Positions 1 through 9,257 of a stretch of 64,000 nucleotides of DNA are shown piece by piece; the first letter of the stretch is position 1, and each line of letters begins with the position of its first letter. The notes beneath the pieces are model-generated. The model saw only the letters and a list, made by a program, of their open reading frames with translations. It searched no databases and was not told where the DNA came from. A program made the position numbers and the translations under genes. The DNA lies in assembly GCA_903859375.1 (NCBI GenBank), contig CAIOMK010000030.1:5238-69237 (forward strand). The letters run 5' to 3'. This DNA comes from Candidatus Moraniibacteriota bacterium. Lineage in GTDB: Bacteria; Patescibacteriota; Minisyncoccia; Moranbacterales; UBA1568.

Positions 1-8
1 GTTGGACG

Positions 9-1178
9 TTATTTCTCTACCACGACGGTCTCATCGAGCTCGTCGAGATCGCGGGTCTTCTTTATAGTGAGTGATACCGATTCCTTGTCCGGCACTTTCG
101 CGGCGTCGATAGCCTGGCGTGCCGAAACGGGTAGAACGGGGAGAATCCCCTTGAGTGCCGTACCATTAATCTTCCTTATTTCGTCCCATTTGTCAAGGGG
201 CTCAAGTATCTCTTTGAGCGTATTTTCGTCATATTTCCATGTCCGACGGACTGATTTTCCGACGATGCCGGACGATCCGAACACACGATCTACCTGCTTT
301 TCGTCCATATAACTGAGCAGTTTCTCTTGGAGCTCTGCAAAGTGCGATTTGTCGGATTTCATCTTGTCGCGGAGTATCAGGACTTCCTCGATGGCGGTCT
401 GCGCGTCGTCGTCTTCGATCGTTTTTTCTTCGAGGAACTTGTGTTTGAAGAACGGGCACAGTCGTTGGAATCCACAGTAGTCACAAAGAGCCGTCAGTGT
501 CGGTTCGAACTCGGCGGCCTCGATATGCGAGATGACCTCGAGAAACTGTGCGTCGAGATTGTCGAGCTGTTCACGGGTGCGCGTCGAGGAGAGTTTCACT
601 CCGTGACGGAGATAATAGAGGCTCACAGTGATGCGATCGAGGTGTTCGGTCTCCTTGGGATAGCGGGCAAGGAACGCGCGCAGATAGATGGAGAGCTGGA
701 GGTCGTTGTCCACTTTCTCCTGTGACGGCATTTTGCGCGCGGTCTTGTAGTCGATGATTTCAAATCCGTCCGGAGTCGCGTCGATGCGGTCGATGGTGCC
801 GGCGATGATGTGTCTGCCGGTCGCATCGTCGCCGATCTCGATCGCGAACCTACTCTCCAGGTCCACTATGGTGAACTCATTCGGATCGTTCTTCGCGTAA
901 TAGTCCGAAATGATTTTCACGCCCTGTGAGAACGCCGTGCGTTCGGCTATCTCGTCGTCGTAGAGGTCGCTGTTCCATATCTGTGAGAACTGATTGAGCG
1001 CGGCATCGAGAGACGGCTGTACCGGTCCGGGAGTATGTATGTAGCGAAGCACCGAATGGACTATCGTCCCGAACACCTGTTCGCGGGACTTCGGTTCCCT
1101 GATGCGGTCGATATACTGGAACCGGTACTTGAGCGGACAGTTCTTGTATGAGTCGAGACCGGAATAGGAGATGCGCAT
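9..1178 (-). CDS. PD-(D/E)XK nuclease, Cas4/AddB-like with Fe-S cysteine cluster
   Basis: 389 aa ORF ending with TAA at 9-11. N-terminal Cys (NCPLKY) plus C-terminal CDYCGFQRLC cluster gives the 1+3 Cys arrangement of Cas4/AddB Fe-S nucleases. D...EIIDYK motif (TIDRID...FEIIDYKT) matches the PD-(D/E)XK core. Motif reading only, no search run. Confidence 0.6.
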   Translation of the reverse strand: MRISYSGLDSYKNCPLKYRFQYIDRIREPKSREQVFGTIVHSVLRYIHTPGPVQPSLDAALNQFSQIWNSDLYDDEIAERTAFSQGVKIISDYYAKNDPNEFTIVDLESRFAIEIGDDATGRHIIAGTIDRIDATPDGFEIIDYKTARKMPSQEKVDNDLQLSIYLRAFLARYPKETEHLDRITVSLYYLRHGVKLSSTRTREQLDNLDAQFLEVISHIEAAEFEPTLTALCDYCGFQRLCPFFKHKFLEEKTIEDDDAQTAIEEVLILRDKMKSDKSHFAELQEKLLSYMDEKQVDRVFGSSGIVGKSVRRTWKYDENTLKEILEPLDKWDEIRKINGTALKGILPVLPVSARQAIDAAKVPDKESVSLTIKKTRDLDELDETVVVEK

Positions 1179-1851
1179 AAGCAGGTGACACTTAACATGG
1201 AACAGAGAACAGGGATCAGGAGTCTTTCAAAAGAGATGAGCAGTTACTTGCCTCCTCTATTGTAGCAGAGAACAGCCCTGTGCGTCGTACGTAATATGTT
1301 TGACAGTATATTATATTCGTGTCCTTATATACAAATTTACGATTCAGCAGGGGAGGGGCGATTTATGAATTTGAAGATATCCGGTCGGTCTTTCGTATTT
1401 CGAATCGATATATGGAGGCATATCAGTCGTGACGAGGTATCTTGTGCTTGTTGTCCTTTATGTCGGAAAGGGATTACTGTGTGTGTATTCAAATATATTT
1501 GGCTTTATGTATGCTATTTTAATATAAATAGTACGTCGCCTAATGTAACTTATGCGACATACTATGTTAAAACTACGGAAGTATGGAGAAGTGTGTGCGT
1601 GATATGCCATTCGGCGATTCGGAGTGGCACTTCTGCCCCATATTCTTCCCCCCGTGTGTCCTACGATCATATATACGTATCCCCTTTCAATCATGAATCC
1701 GAAATGCTGTCGTCTCTGTCTGTGCGATTCTCTCGTTTGTGGTATTTCGGAAACGGTCAGTCAACCACTTCGTGTGATATATACATGGTCTGATGTTCGT
1801 CTTCTTTGTGTCATCGCTGGGACGATGCGCTAGGATCGTTTGTACGATCTG

Positions 1852-2190
1852 AGTGGCACCTGATGTACACCTGACGCGGTTCGAATTATACATTTTTACT
1901 TTTGTAATTTTTGAAGAGGTGTCCTCCCCTATATTTTTCAAAAATAACAGCAGGGCAGTATGGGTAAAATAATTATCGTGAAATGGACGGCATGTGGTGG
2001 TACCTGATGTACCCTTCGTATGAATCGAATTTTTAATTTTATAATTATATAATTTTTTACTGACCAGGCAGTAAGGGCGTCAGCGGAAATGCGAAATGAG
2101 CGATATGAAGTGGCACCTGATGTACACCTGATACTGCTCAATTTTTACATTTTTACTGTTGTAATTTTTGAAGGGCAGTACTCCCCTCTT
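1852..2190. repeat. Triplicated ~20-nt motif GTGG(C/T)ACCTGATGTAC(A/C)C at 1852-1874, 1994-2014 and 2109-2131. Copies 1 and 3 are each followed by a similar ~60 nt A/T-rich tail (ATTTTTAC..TGTAATTTTTGAAG..CTCCCCT).
   Basis: Direct reading of the sequence. Copy 2 contains the inverted repeat GGTAC-CTGAT-GTACC. The repeats lie in a ~38% GC noncoding stretch (1179-2262) between two minus-strand genes. Confidence 0.45.
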
Positions 2191-2262
2191 TATTATAAAA
2201 AAGAAGGGTGATGTTTCAGCTAAAATTATTCGGCAGTGCAGAACTTGTATGAAGCCGGTTTG

Positions 2263-2922
2263 TTATTTGAACAGTCTCGGAAAAGAATTGCCTCCGGCTT
2301 TGAATTTCGACGGTATCGGTCGGGGTCCGGCGCCGTGTCCTGAAATGGACGGAGAAATCGGATCCTGTCGTGAAGATTGGGACGTTTTTCTATTCAATCC
2401 CGATACGAACGACTTTCCGAAATAATTGTCGACAGCAGCCGTCCTCCGGGCGATAAATGAGGACCCGAACCGCTTCGGTTTTGAAGCGGTCGATGTCGAT
2501 CCGGCCTGAGGGGACTGCTCGGGTGATTTTTTGTTCGAATCGAACTCATAGAGTTCTTTGACGTATTCCCGTTTATAATGACCGGTCGACTTGAGTGTCT
2601 TCTCCGCGGCATGTATCGTCTCCTTGCGGTTCAGGGCACCTGATTTCCTCATGTCCTCGAGTGTCTTGATAAAATCACCCTCGGTATAACCGAAACGGTC
2701 TTTCGATTTTGAGACGGTTCCCCCACCGGCCTGGTATATTTCCTTGCCGAGCGCCTGTCGTTCCGAATGTCGGTTGAACACGCTTTTCAACTCCGGATGT
2801 TCCTTGAGAAACGCATCCGCGACACGGTATTCCTTGCCACCGGTCCCGAGTTTTTTGACCGTGTCCCGGCTCATGAGCGTCTGGTCCATCTTGGGCCTTT
2901 TCCCGAACAGGTATGATGCCAT
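2263..2922 (-). CDS. hypothetical basic protein, Lys/Ser/Gly-rich C-terminal half
   Basis: 219 aa ORF with no recognisable family; coding-like composition. Low-complexity C-terminus. Confidence 0.4.
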   Translation of the reverse strand: MASYLFGKRPKMDQTLMSRDTVKKLGTGGKEYRVADAFLKEHPELKSVFNRHSERQALGKEIYQAGGGTVSKSKDRFGYTEGDFIKTLEDMRKSGALNRKETIHAAEKTLKSTGHYKREYVKELYEFDSNKKSPEQSPQAGSTSTASKPKRFGSSFIARRTAAVDNYFGKSFVSGLNRKTSQSSRQDPISPSISGHGAGPRPIPSKFKAGGNSFPRLFK

Positions 2923-2961
2923 AAAACGTCTCGTGTGAAATACGGAACACGGCGTCGGACA

Positions 2962-3429
2962 TTATCCGAAGATCTTCCTCATGAGCGAATGCTTTTCGGT
3001 CTGAGTTCCCGGTTCGGTCGTGTCGGTATTCCTGATGTCTTCAGTTTTCATCTCATGAACGGACCCGGGATCCTTTTCTTGTTCCTGTTCCTTTTTCGCT
3101 TCCGGCTTTTCGGGATACGTGAAATATTTCGGATCGCGGTTTTCGGTCAGCAGGGCATCGGCAATACGTTCCACACTCCCCTTCGAGACATGCGAATTTC
3201 CGGCGTATAATTCACCGAACACCGCCCTGAGGCTGTCGGTATCGATTTCTCCATGCGCGTTGAGATGTCCGGACAAGGCCTCGAAAAAATCCCGTTGGCG
3301 GACGCGGTCGAGGAGGACGGACGCGACTTTCGGATTTTTCATGAGCTCCTCCATCGCCGGACTCGTATCGAATTTTTGTGATGCACTCCCCTTGAAATAT
3401 TCCCTTCCGAACATGACGGTATTTTTCAT
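2962..3429 (-). CDS. hypothetical protein
   Basis: 155 aa ORF immediately upstream of the 2263-2922 gene on the same strand. No recognisable motifs. Confidence 0.4.
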   Translation of the reverse strand: MKNTVMFGREYFKGSASQKFDTSPAMEELMKNPKVASVLLDRVRQRDFFEALSGHLNAHGEIDTDSLRAVFGELYAGNSHVSKGSVERIADALLTENRDPKYFTYPEKPEAKKEQEQEKDPGSVHEMKTEDIRNTDTTEPGTQTEKHSLMRKIFG

Positions 3430-3430
3430 A

Positions 3431-4744
3431 TCAGTTCTTGTTGTATATTATCATCTGATTTACCGACGTGGCACTCTTGTTTCCGAGGCTGCCGACAAGC
3501 GACCTCGAAGTATCCAGGTACATGTTCGCACCGAAATACGGATCATGGACGACATAGCGACCCTTGTTGTCTTTGGTGTGGATGACGACATAGTGACCGC
3601 CGCCGGAAGACCGTTTGATATAGACGATGACCGGATTGTCGTTTTTCAGTTCTTCATCGATCGTCTTCCAGTCGATATTCCCGTGCGCGATGGAAGAAGA
3701 CCGTTTGATCGTTTCGGACGACCAGGCATCGGGCCAGATGATGAGGTCGCGATCGAACAGGCTGTTCTTGTTGGCGAGTGTTCCCGGAGTCACGGTGGCA
3801 CCGAGCTTGGTGAAGGACATGGCGATCGAGGCGACGGCGCATCCCCAGTCGGCCATTTTTGAATTGGTTTTCCCGATATCTTCCGAGGCCCATCTGGAAT
3901 CCCTTTGTGAATAATACCAGGACGTGGATGCCCAATATTTTTGGTCAGGCTTGTCATAGGAAGAAATGCTCGCGAACACTTCGGAGAGGTTTGCGGAGGC
4001 GCTGAAATCAAGCAGTTCGGACTTCTGCTCTTTCACCTTGACCAGCAGGTCCTCGTACTTCGCCTGTTCCGTCTGTGTTTTTTGGAGCAGTACCGCCTTA
4101 CTTTTTTGTGTGATGACGAGCTCGGCATTCTGAGCCCCGAGAGAAGTTTTGAGCATATCGGCCTCTGTCTTTTTCCCGGTGAGTGTCTGCTTGTCCCCCT
4201 CCAAAGCTTTTTTGACGGAGGCCATATCGCGAAGGATGACGACGACACGATTATTGGTTTCCGACATCCAATCTTCCCGCTTCATAAGGAAATCAAAATC
4301 ACTTCCGCTCGATGCGAGTAGGATGTTCGATCCGTCATCAACACTCGAAGAATATTCCTGTATGAGTTGGGACAAAGTCCTCCGCTCGTGAGCCATGACG
4401 CTCTCCTTTTCGCTGATTTTTGCCTGCGTGTCGTCGATCTTTGCCGTCAGGTCGCGTAATTGCGATTCAGCTGAGACGATCTGATCCTTGAGCAATTTTG
4501 ATTTGTTCGTCAGTGTGGTTATCTGATTGGTCAATGTCGTGCCTTGGGCTATCTTCATGTCGACGATCTTCTGATAGGCTTTCGCTTTGGCGCTGAGCTG
4601 GTCGCATGTATCCTGTTGGTCGGGTGTCAGTAGTTCGTTATTGCACTCATCGGCACGAGCCTGTCTCGCCAAAAACAGCCCGGAGCAGATGCATCCGGTC
4701 ATTAAGACGACAAAAGAAAAAGATTTCATTCGTAAAGTCTTCAC
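3431..4744 (-). CDS. secreted coiled-coil protein with C-terminal papain-like (C39/CHAP-like) peptidase domain, PcsB-like architecture
   Basis: 437 aa. N-terminal signal/TM segment (MKSFSFVVLMTGCICSGLFLA). About 250 aa of heptad-rich, Q/K/L/E-rich sequence. C-terminus has a Cys motif DWGCAVASIAMSF and a downstream His motif GGGHYVVIH, as in peptidase C39-like / NlpC-CHAP folds. Confidence 0.55.
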   Translation of the reverse strand: MKTLRMKSFSFVVLMTGCICSGLFLARQARADECNNELLTPDQQDTCDQLSAKAKAYQKIVDMKIAQGTTLTNQITTLTNKSKLLKDQIVSAESQLRDLTAKIDDTQAKISEKESVMAHERRTLSQLIQEYSSSVDDGSNILLASSGSDFDFLMKREDWMSETNNRVVVILRDMASVKKALEGDKQTLTGKKTEADMLKTSLGAQNAELVITQKSKAVLLQKTQTEQAKYEDLLVKVKEQKSELLDFSASANLSEVFASISSYDKPDQKYWASTSWYYSQRDSRWASEDIGKTNSKMADWGCAVASIAMSFTKLGATVTPGTLANKNSLFDRDLIIWPDAWSSETIKRSSSIAHGNIDWKTIDEELKNDNPVIVYIKRSSGGGHYVVIHTKDNKGRYVVHDPYFGANMYLDTSRSLVGSLGNKSATSVNQMIIYNKN

Positions 4745-4790
4745 GACGGCATTATAGCACGGATTGGGAGTCCGGATAAGGGGGTCGGAG

Positions 4791-5183
4791 TCAATTCATG
4801 AAATCACGGTCGTGATCCAGACGTGCACGCCATGCCATGAAATTGGTATACAAAAAGAAAATCGTCACGGTGACAAGAAGCCCGACACGCCGTTCATGTT
4901 CGATGACGACATACTGTACGAAGAGATAGGTGGCCGGGAAGGCGACGAGCGGAAACAGGACGTCGGCAGTCTTGTTCCGGATATTCTCTTTGATTCGCTC
5001 CTGTACCTCGAAAAATTCCCAGATGATGGCCAAGATAAGGGTCGCGATAAATCCGAAAACGGCAGGAACAGCTATAACGACGGTCAGCAAGGCCGTTACT
5101 GCGCCGAAAAGGAAGTGCGGAATCGACCAATAATCAATCGAGTGTCTCATTTTGAGAAAACGAACGATGTCGGAGCGTTTCAT
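4791..5183 (-). CDS. small integral membrane protein (3-4 TM), function unknown
   Basis: Start trimmed to the ATG at 5181-5183 (MKRSDIV...), which overlaps the gltX stop as ATGA. The longer ORF-track start (5300) would lie inside gltX. Confidence 0.45.
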   Translation of the reverse strand: MKRSDIVRFLKMRHSIDYWSIPHFLFGAVTALLTVVIAVPAVFGFIATLILAIIWEFFEVQERIKENIRNKTADVLFPLVAFPATYLFVQYVVIEHERRVGLLVTVTIFFLYTNFMAWRARLDHDRDFMN

Positions 5184-6721
5184 AATACGTTTTGTGCTTC
5201 GATTATCCGTGACAAGGTGGCGTCCTTGCCGATGACCCAGGCGATGTCCTGCGGTGGCGGCGACTGTTTCGCTCCGGAGAGGGCGACCCGAAGAGGCCAC
5301 AAGAAGTCTCCTCGTTTCTCGCCGGCCGCTTCAAGCAGGATTTCCCCGAGGCGTTCCCGGGTCCATTCGGAGTCGGAAAGTCCCGCAAGCAGTATTCTCG
5401 CTTTTTCAAGTGATTCCGCGGTCATTTCCCTGTCGTTCCCCTTCCATGGAAGGAGGCTCGGATCGATGACAGGCTCGGCAAAGAAAAACGGGTGTTCGTC
5501 GCCGATCGCCGAAAGGACGGAGAGTCGCTCTTGACCGATAAGGGCGACGCGTCCGATGTAGTCGGCGGTTTTGCGATCTTCTGATGCCGAGAGGAAAAAC
5601 GGTTTTTCACGAAGAAACGGTGTGACTCGCGTCGCAAGCTCTCCGATCGGCAGGACCTTTATGTATTGGGCGTTCAGCCAGTCGAGTTTGCGCGTATCAA
5701 AAACGGCTCCCGATCGATTCACCTGTGAGAAATCGAAGGCTTCGGACAATTCGGGAAGCGTGAAAACTTCTTTCGTGCTCCCCTGCCCCGGATTCCATCC
5801 GAGGAGTGCGACGAAATTGATGAGTGCTTCGGGCAGATACCCTTTTGCGAGGTAGTCTTCGACGGCGACGTCGCCCTGCCGTTTGGAAAGCTTGCTTTTG
5901 TCCGGATTGAGCAGCAGCGGGAGGTGTGCGAATTCCGGCACCTGCCAATCGAACGCCTCGTAGAGGAGGACGTGTTTCGGCGTGCTCGGGAGCCACTCCT
6001 CGCCTCGGATGACATGTGTGATTTCCATCAGACGATCGTCGACGACACTCGCGAGATGATAGGTCGGATAGCCGTCGGTTTTCACGAGGATCTGGTCATC
6101 GATATTGCGTGCGTTTATGGTGACATCGCCCCGTACGAGATCATGGAAGACGATATCGTCACGGTCTTCCGGCACATCGAGGCGGATGACTGACGGTTCA
6201 CCGGCGGCAATGCGACGGGACACTTCCTCGTCCGACAGGGACAGGCAGAGTTTGTCATATTTCGGCGCTTCGTGATCGGCGGTCTGCTTCTCTCGCAAAA
6301 GGTCGAGCCGTTCACGGGAGCAGAAACATCGGTATGCCTTTTTGGATTCGATCAGTTTTTCCGCATAACCGGCATACAATTTCAGACGCTCGGACTGGAT
6401 GTACGGACCGTATGTGCCCACTTCCGAGACCCCTGGGTATGTTTCGGAGTGCCGGGATGCGACGCGTTCTGGGGTGTTCGGATCGTCTCGAAGGAAGACT
6501 CCCTCATCCGGAATGACGCCTATTCCCTCGAGGCTCCGGACAAGTCCTTCGAGCGCGCCTTCCACGAAACGGCCCTGGTCGGTATCCTCGATGCGGAGAA
6601 TGAACGTGCCTCCGTTTTTGCGGGCGAACAGGAAATTGTAGAGCGCCGTCCGAAGACCGCCGACATGGAGCATTCCTGTCGGGGAAGGTGCGAATCGTAC
6701 TCGGATCGGTCGGTCGGTCAT
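5180..6721 (-). CDS. gltX: glutamate--tRNA ligase
   Basis: 513 aa. Class I aaRS HIGH-type motif PSPTGMLHVGG near the N-terminus and KMSKS-type KLSKRQGD. Overall GluRS-like sequence. Confidence 0.9.
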   Translation of the reverse strand: MTDRPIRVRFAPSPTGMLHVGGLRTALYNFLFARKNGGTFILRIEDTDQGRFVEGALEGLVRSLEGIGVIPDEGVFLRDDPNTPERVASRHSETYPGVSEVGTYGPYIQSERLKLYAGYAEKLIESKKAYRCFCSRERLDLLREKQTADHEAPKYDKLCLSLSDEEVSRRIAAGEPSVIRLDVPEDRDDIVFHDLVRGDVTINARNIDDQILVKTDGYPTYHLASVVDDRLMEITHVIRGEEWLPSTPKHVLLYEAFDWQVPEFAHLPLLLNPDKSKLSKRQGDVAVEDYLAKGYLPEALINFVALLGWNPGQGSTKEVFTLPELSEAFDFSQVNRSGAVFDTRKLDWLNAQYIKVLPIGELATRVTPFLREKPFFLSASEDRKTADYIGRVALIGQERLSVLSAIGDEHPFFFAEPVIDPSLLPWKGNDREMTAESLEKARILLAGLSDSEWTRERLGEILLEAAGEKRGDFLWPLRVALSGAKQSPPPQDIAWVIGKDATLSRIIEAQNVL

Positions 6722-6803
6722 AGGGAAGTCTCTAAAGTTCGTAACGTTTGAAAAAATTCATAAAGCCGTGTAAGCCATGACTTTATGGACTTTCGACTTT
6801 TGA

Positions 6804-7538
6804 CTATCGACTATTGCTTATCCTATCAGAAAGGCAGAGAAAAGGGAAAATTACGGTCGCAGTCCATATCCTTTGCATTCTTTTCGGCTGGATAGCAAGA
6901 CGAAAAAGCCATTCCAGTCCGATTGAACGGATCCATTCCGGGGCTCGTTTCCGTTTGCCGGTAAGGAAATCGAATGACCCACCAACACCCATGGCGAGTC
7001 GTACCACGCTGTCCGTATGCCGAAGCGACTCGAGGAAGTATTCCTGTTCGGGAGCTCCGAAATTGCACAGCACCATATCCGCGTCACGGATGCCGTCCGG
7101 CAGGGAGAATGAGATGGGATTGAGATCGGCTCCGCATATACGCAGACGGGGAAACGATGTACGGAGTATCGTGCGTATTTCATTGAACGAAGAAAGCCCG
7201 TCTTTCCGTATGGCGAGATACACGGTTGACTCCTGTCCATTTGCCGTTGCCAGTATCGTTTTCAGGAAGTCCGCTCCCGGATAGCGGGTCAGGTGGCATC
7301 CGGAAAGCAATCCGGCGATGGCGATGCCGGTCCCATCGGCTATGCGGATATCCGCCGAGAGCAATGATGAAAGGAATGTCTCACTCCGTTTCGCTAGGAC
7401 TGCGAATTCAGGGTTCACCGTGGCGATACGGTGAAACGAGGTTCCCAAAAGATACTTCCGCACTACCGCATCCAGTTCGGCTTTGGAGCGCTTGTCTATG
7501 GTGATACCGAGAATCCTGCACGTGTCTGTCTTGCGCAT
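6804..7538 (-). CDS. WecB/TagA/CpsF-family glycosyltransferase (GT26)
   Basis: 244 aa. C-terminal GLEWLFRL..QPKR motif characteristic of the GT26 N-acetylmannosaminyltransferase family. Confidence 0.75.
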   Translation of the reverse strand: MRKTDTCRILGITIDKRSKAELDAVVRKYLLGTSFHRIATVNPEFAVLAKRSETFLSSLLSADIRIADGTGIAIAGLLSGCHLTRYPGADFLKTILATANGQESTVYLAIRKDGLSSFNEIRTILRTSFPRLRICGADLNPISFSLPDGIRDADMVLCNFGAPEQEYFLESLRHTDSVVRLAMGVGGSFDFLTGKRKRAPEWIRSIGLEWLFRLAIQPKRMQRIWTATVIFPFLCLSDRISNSR

Positions 7539-7591
7539 AGCTTCTGTGGTGACGTCCGTCGAAAGGGATATGACCGTTTATCCCGACGGTG

Positions 7592-8182
7592 TTACTCTTG
7601 TTGATCGTTGTCCGTCGAATGCTGATCATACCGACCCAGTGGAAATTCATCCATCGACAGATATTGACGTTTCGCGCCGGCGCCGATGCTTTCCAGGAGC
7701 AGGATCGATGATACGGGTTCCGCAAGCGAAACGGTCTGTGGGAACATGGCAAGCTTCTCTTCGGGAAGTAAGGGGAACTCGGCCCGCTTGACCTGGGCGA
7801 GCGTCACACGGGGACGGAACCGTTTGCCGTCGACTTTTTTTCCTGCCAGATCACGCTCCAGCGCATTGCGAAGGGCGAGCAGTTGAGGACTCTCTTCCCC
7901 GACCAGTTGGATCATTTTCGTCGGTCCTTCCGCCGGTGCGAGCTCGATCGTGTCGAACATCAGATCGAACGGCTCGAACTCGGCACAGACCGCTTCAGCT
8001 TTTTCGGCGATCTCGACCGCGTGTTCGTCCGTCACGAATCCGAGAAAAAGCACCGTTACGAAAAGATTCTCCGGACGGGTCGGAAACATCGGCAGACTCC
8101 CCCACTTGGAAATGCCCTGTGCCAGGCGTGTACTCAATTTTCCGGACAAAGGTATCCCGAGATAGAGCTTTCGTTCGTTCAT
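7592..8182 (-). CDS. 2H phosphoesterase-like protein (LigT/ThpR fold) with both catalytic His positions substituted
   Basis: Start placed at the ATG at 8180-8182 (MNERKLYLG). Two LigT-like repeats, ENLFVTVLFLG and FRPRVTLAQV, align to the H-x-T-x motifs (ENLHLTLAFLG / FHPHITLAR) with H->F and H->R. Confidence 0.5.
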   Translation of the reverse strand: MNERKLYLGIPLSGKLSTRLAQGISKWGSLPMFPTRPENLFVTVLFLGFVTDEHAVEIAEKAEAVCAEFEPFDLMFDTIELAPAEGPTKMIQLVGEESPQLLALRNALERDLAGKKVDGKRFRPRVTLAQVKRAEFPLLPEEKLAMFPQTVSLAEPVSSILLLESIGAGAKRQYLSMDEFPLGRYDQHSTDNDQQE

Positions 8183-8268
8183 AGTGTGGATATCGATATG
8201 GGTCCAGAGTAACAGGAAATCATCAATGACGGCAAGGAAGCGAGCCCCCGCACGTTCCGACACCCTCC

Positions 8269-9246
8269 TTATTTCCGTCCGTCACGTCCTTTGATCCACG
8301 TGCTCCCATCTTGATTCATGATGATTGGAATATCGCGAAACGAAAGATTTTTCGTCGTCATATCAACGGTCATTGAGACAAGCAACCCGTTTTTTGTATT
8401 CTCGTCCCCATATTGGTCGAAGATGAAATTGCCGAGGGAATAATATATCGTTTTGTCATTGTACGTTTCCGTCTCCTGTACGATATGTGGATGAGAGCCG
8501 ATGATCGCATCGCATCCCGCCTCGATGAACGAATGCGCGAGCGTGCGGATGTCGTCTTGGACCGGCAGATATTCCAAGCCCCAGTGGGCATAGAGAATAA
8601 CGATATCCGCTTCGCCACGCGCCTTCGTGATATCCGCAAACGCTTTCTCTTTCCCTTTGTATGCGAACGCATCGTAGTTCACGAACGCGATTTTCGTATC
8701 CGATATCGTCCGTATGGATATGCGGTCATCGGAAGTCGGATCACCGAAAAAAGTGACGCCGGCTTGGCTGAGATATTGTTTCGTTTCCGCGATACCGGGT
8801 GTCCCCTGATTGGATATGTGGTTGTTGCCGAGATTGACCGGGCCGATTTTTTCCGTGGCGAGCGTCGTGGCCCACCTCGGATCGAATGTGAAGTGATAGT
8901 TTTCACTTGACCCGATCTCGGAGCCGATACTCGTCGATACGGCATTGGTGATCGGGCCCTCGAGATTGGCCACTGTCATGTCGTGAGCCAGGATTTCGGT
9001 ACGTACGCCGTTGAAGACGAACCCATTCCCCTTCTTCGCGGTCATCTCCCGTATCCACCGATCGAACATCATGTCACCCCCGAATAGGATGCGGAATGTG
9101 CCGGCATCCCGCGAGACGGTCTGTTCTGAGACGACGCGTCTTGATGCGGCTTCGGAAGCCGACGACCGGACATACCACAAAAACATGACCAGGCCGATGG
9201 CAACCAGTCCCCCGAACACCGATATGATGATATGACGTGTCCTCAT
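8269..9246 (-). CDS. CapA-family (PGA_cap) metallophosphatase-like protein, membrane-anchored
   Basis: Start at MRTRHIII (ATG 9244-9246) avoids overlap with the upstream DUF1294 gene. N-terminal TM segment. CapA-like motifs (ILYAHWGLEY, GCDAIIGSHPH). Confidence 0.65.
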   Translation of the reverse strand: MRTRHIIISVFGGLVAIGLVMFLWYVRSSASEAASRRVVSEQTVSRDAGTFRILFGGDMMFDRWIREMTAKKGNGFVFNGVRTEILAHDMTVANLEGPITNAVSTSIGSEIGSSENYHFTFDPRWATTLATEKIGPVNLGNNHISNQGTPGIAETKQYLSQAGVTFFGDPTSDDRISIRTISDTKIAFVNYDAFAYKGKEKAFADITKARGEADIVILYAHWGLEYLPVQDDIRTLAHSFIEAGCDAIIGSHPHIVQETETYNDKTIYYSLGNFIFDQYGDENTKNGLLVSMTVDMTTKNLSFRDIPIIMNQDGSTWIKGRDGRK

Positions 9247-9257
9247 CCCGCTTCGCC

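Noticed and set aside
1296-1793. 165-aa Cys-rich ORF (and other 60-85 aa ORFs) in the AT-rich island
   Set aside because: Low-complexity, Cys/Tyr/Ile-rich translation typical of random AT-rich sequence. No RBS context. Overlaps ORFs on the other strand. Treated as noncoding.
1870-1890. GGTTCGAAT tRNA T-loop-like sequence
   Set aside because: No acceptor stem or CCA-compatible 3' end and no cloverleaf pairing around it. It is part of the repeat tail rather than a tRNA.
1852-2190. Possible CRISPR array from the repeated motif
   Set aside because: Only three copies, irregular spacing (115-142 nt), imperfect repeats and no cas genes. It does not fit CRISPR repeat-spacer architecture.
3119-3862. 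247-aa plus-strand ORF
   Set aside because: Antisense to two well-supported minus-strand genes (2962-3429 and 3431-4744) with no motifs. Likely a frame artefact of GC-rich coding sequence.
4791-5300. Longer 169-aa version of the small membrane protein
   Set aside because: The first 39 codons would overlap the 3' end of gltX in another frame. The internal ATG at 5181-5183 forms a typical ATGA overlap with the gltX stop, so the shorter start was preferred.
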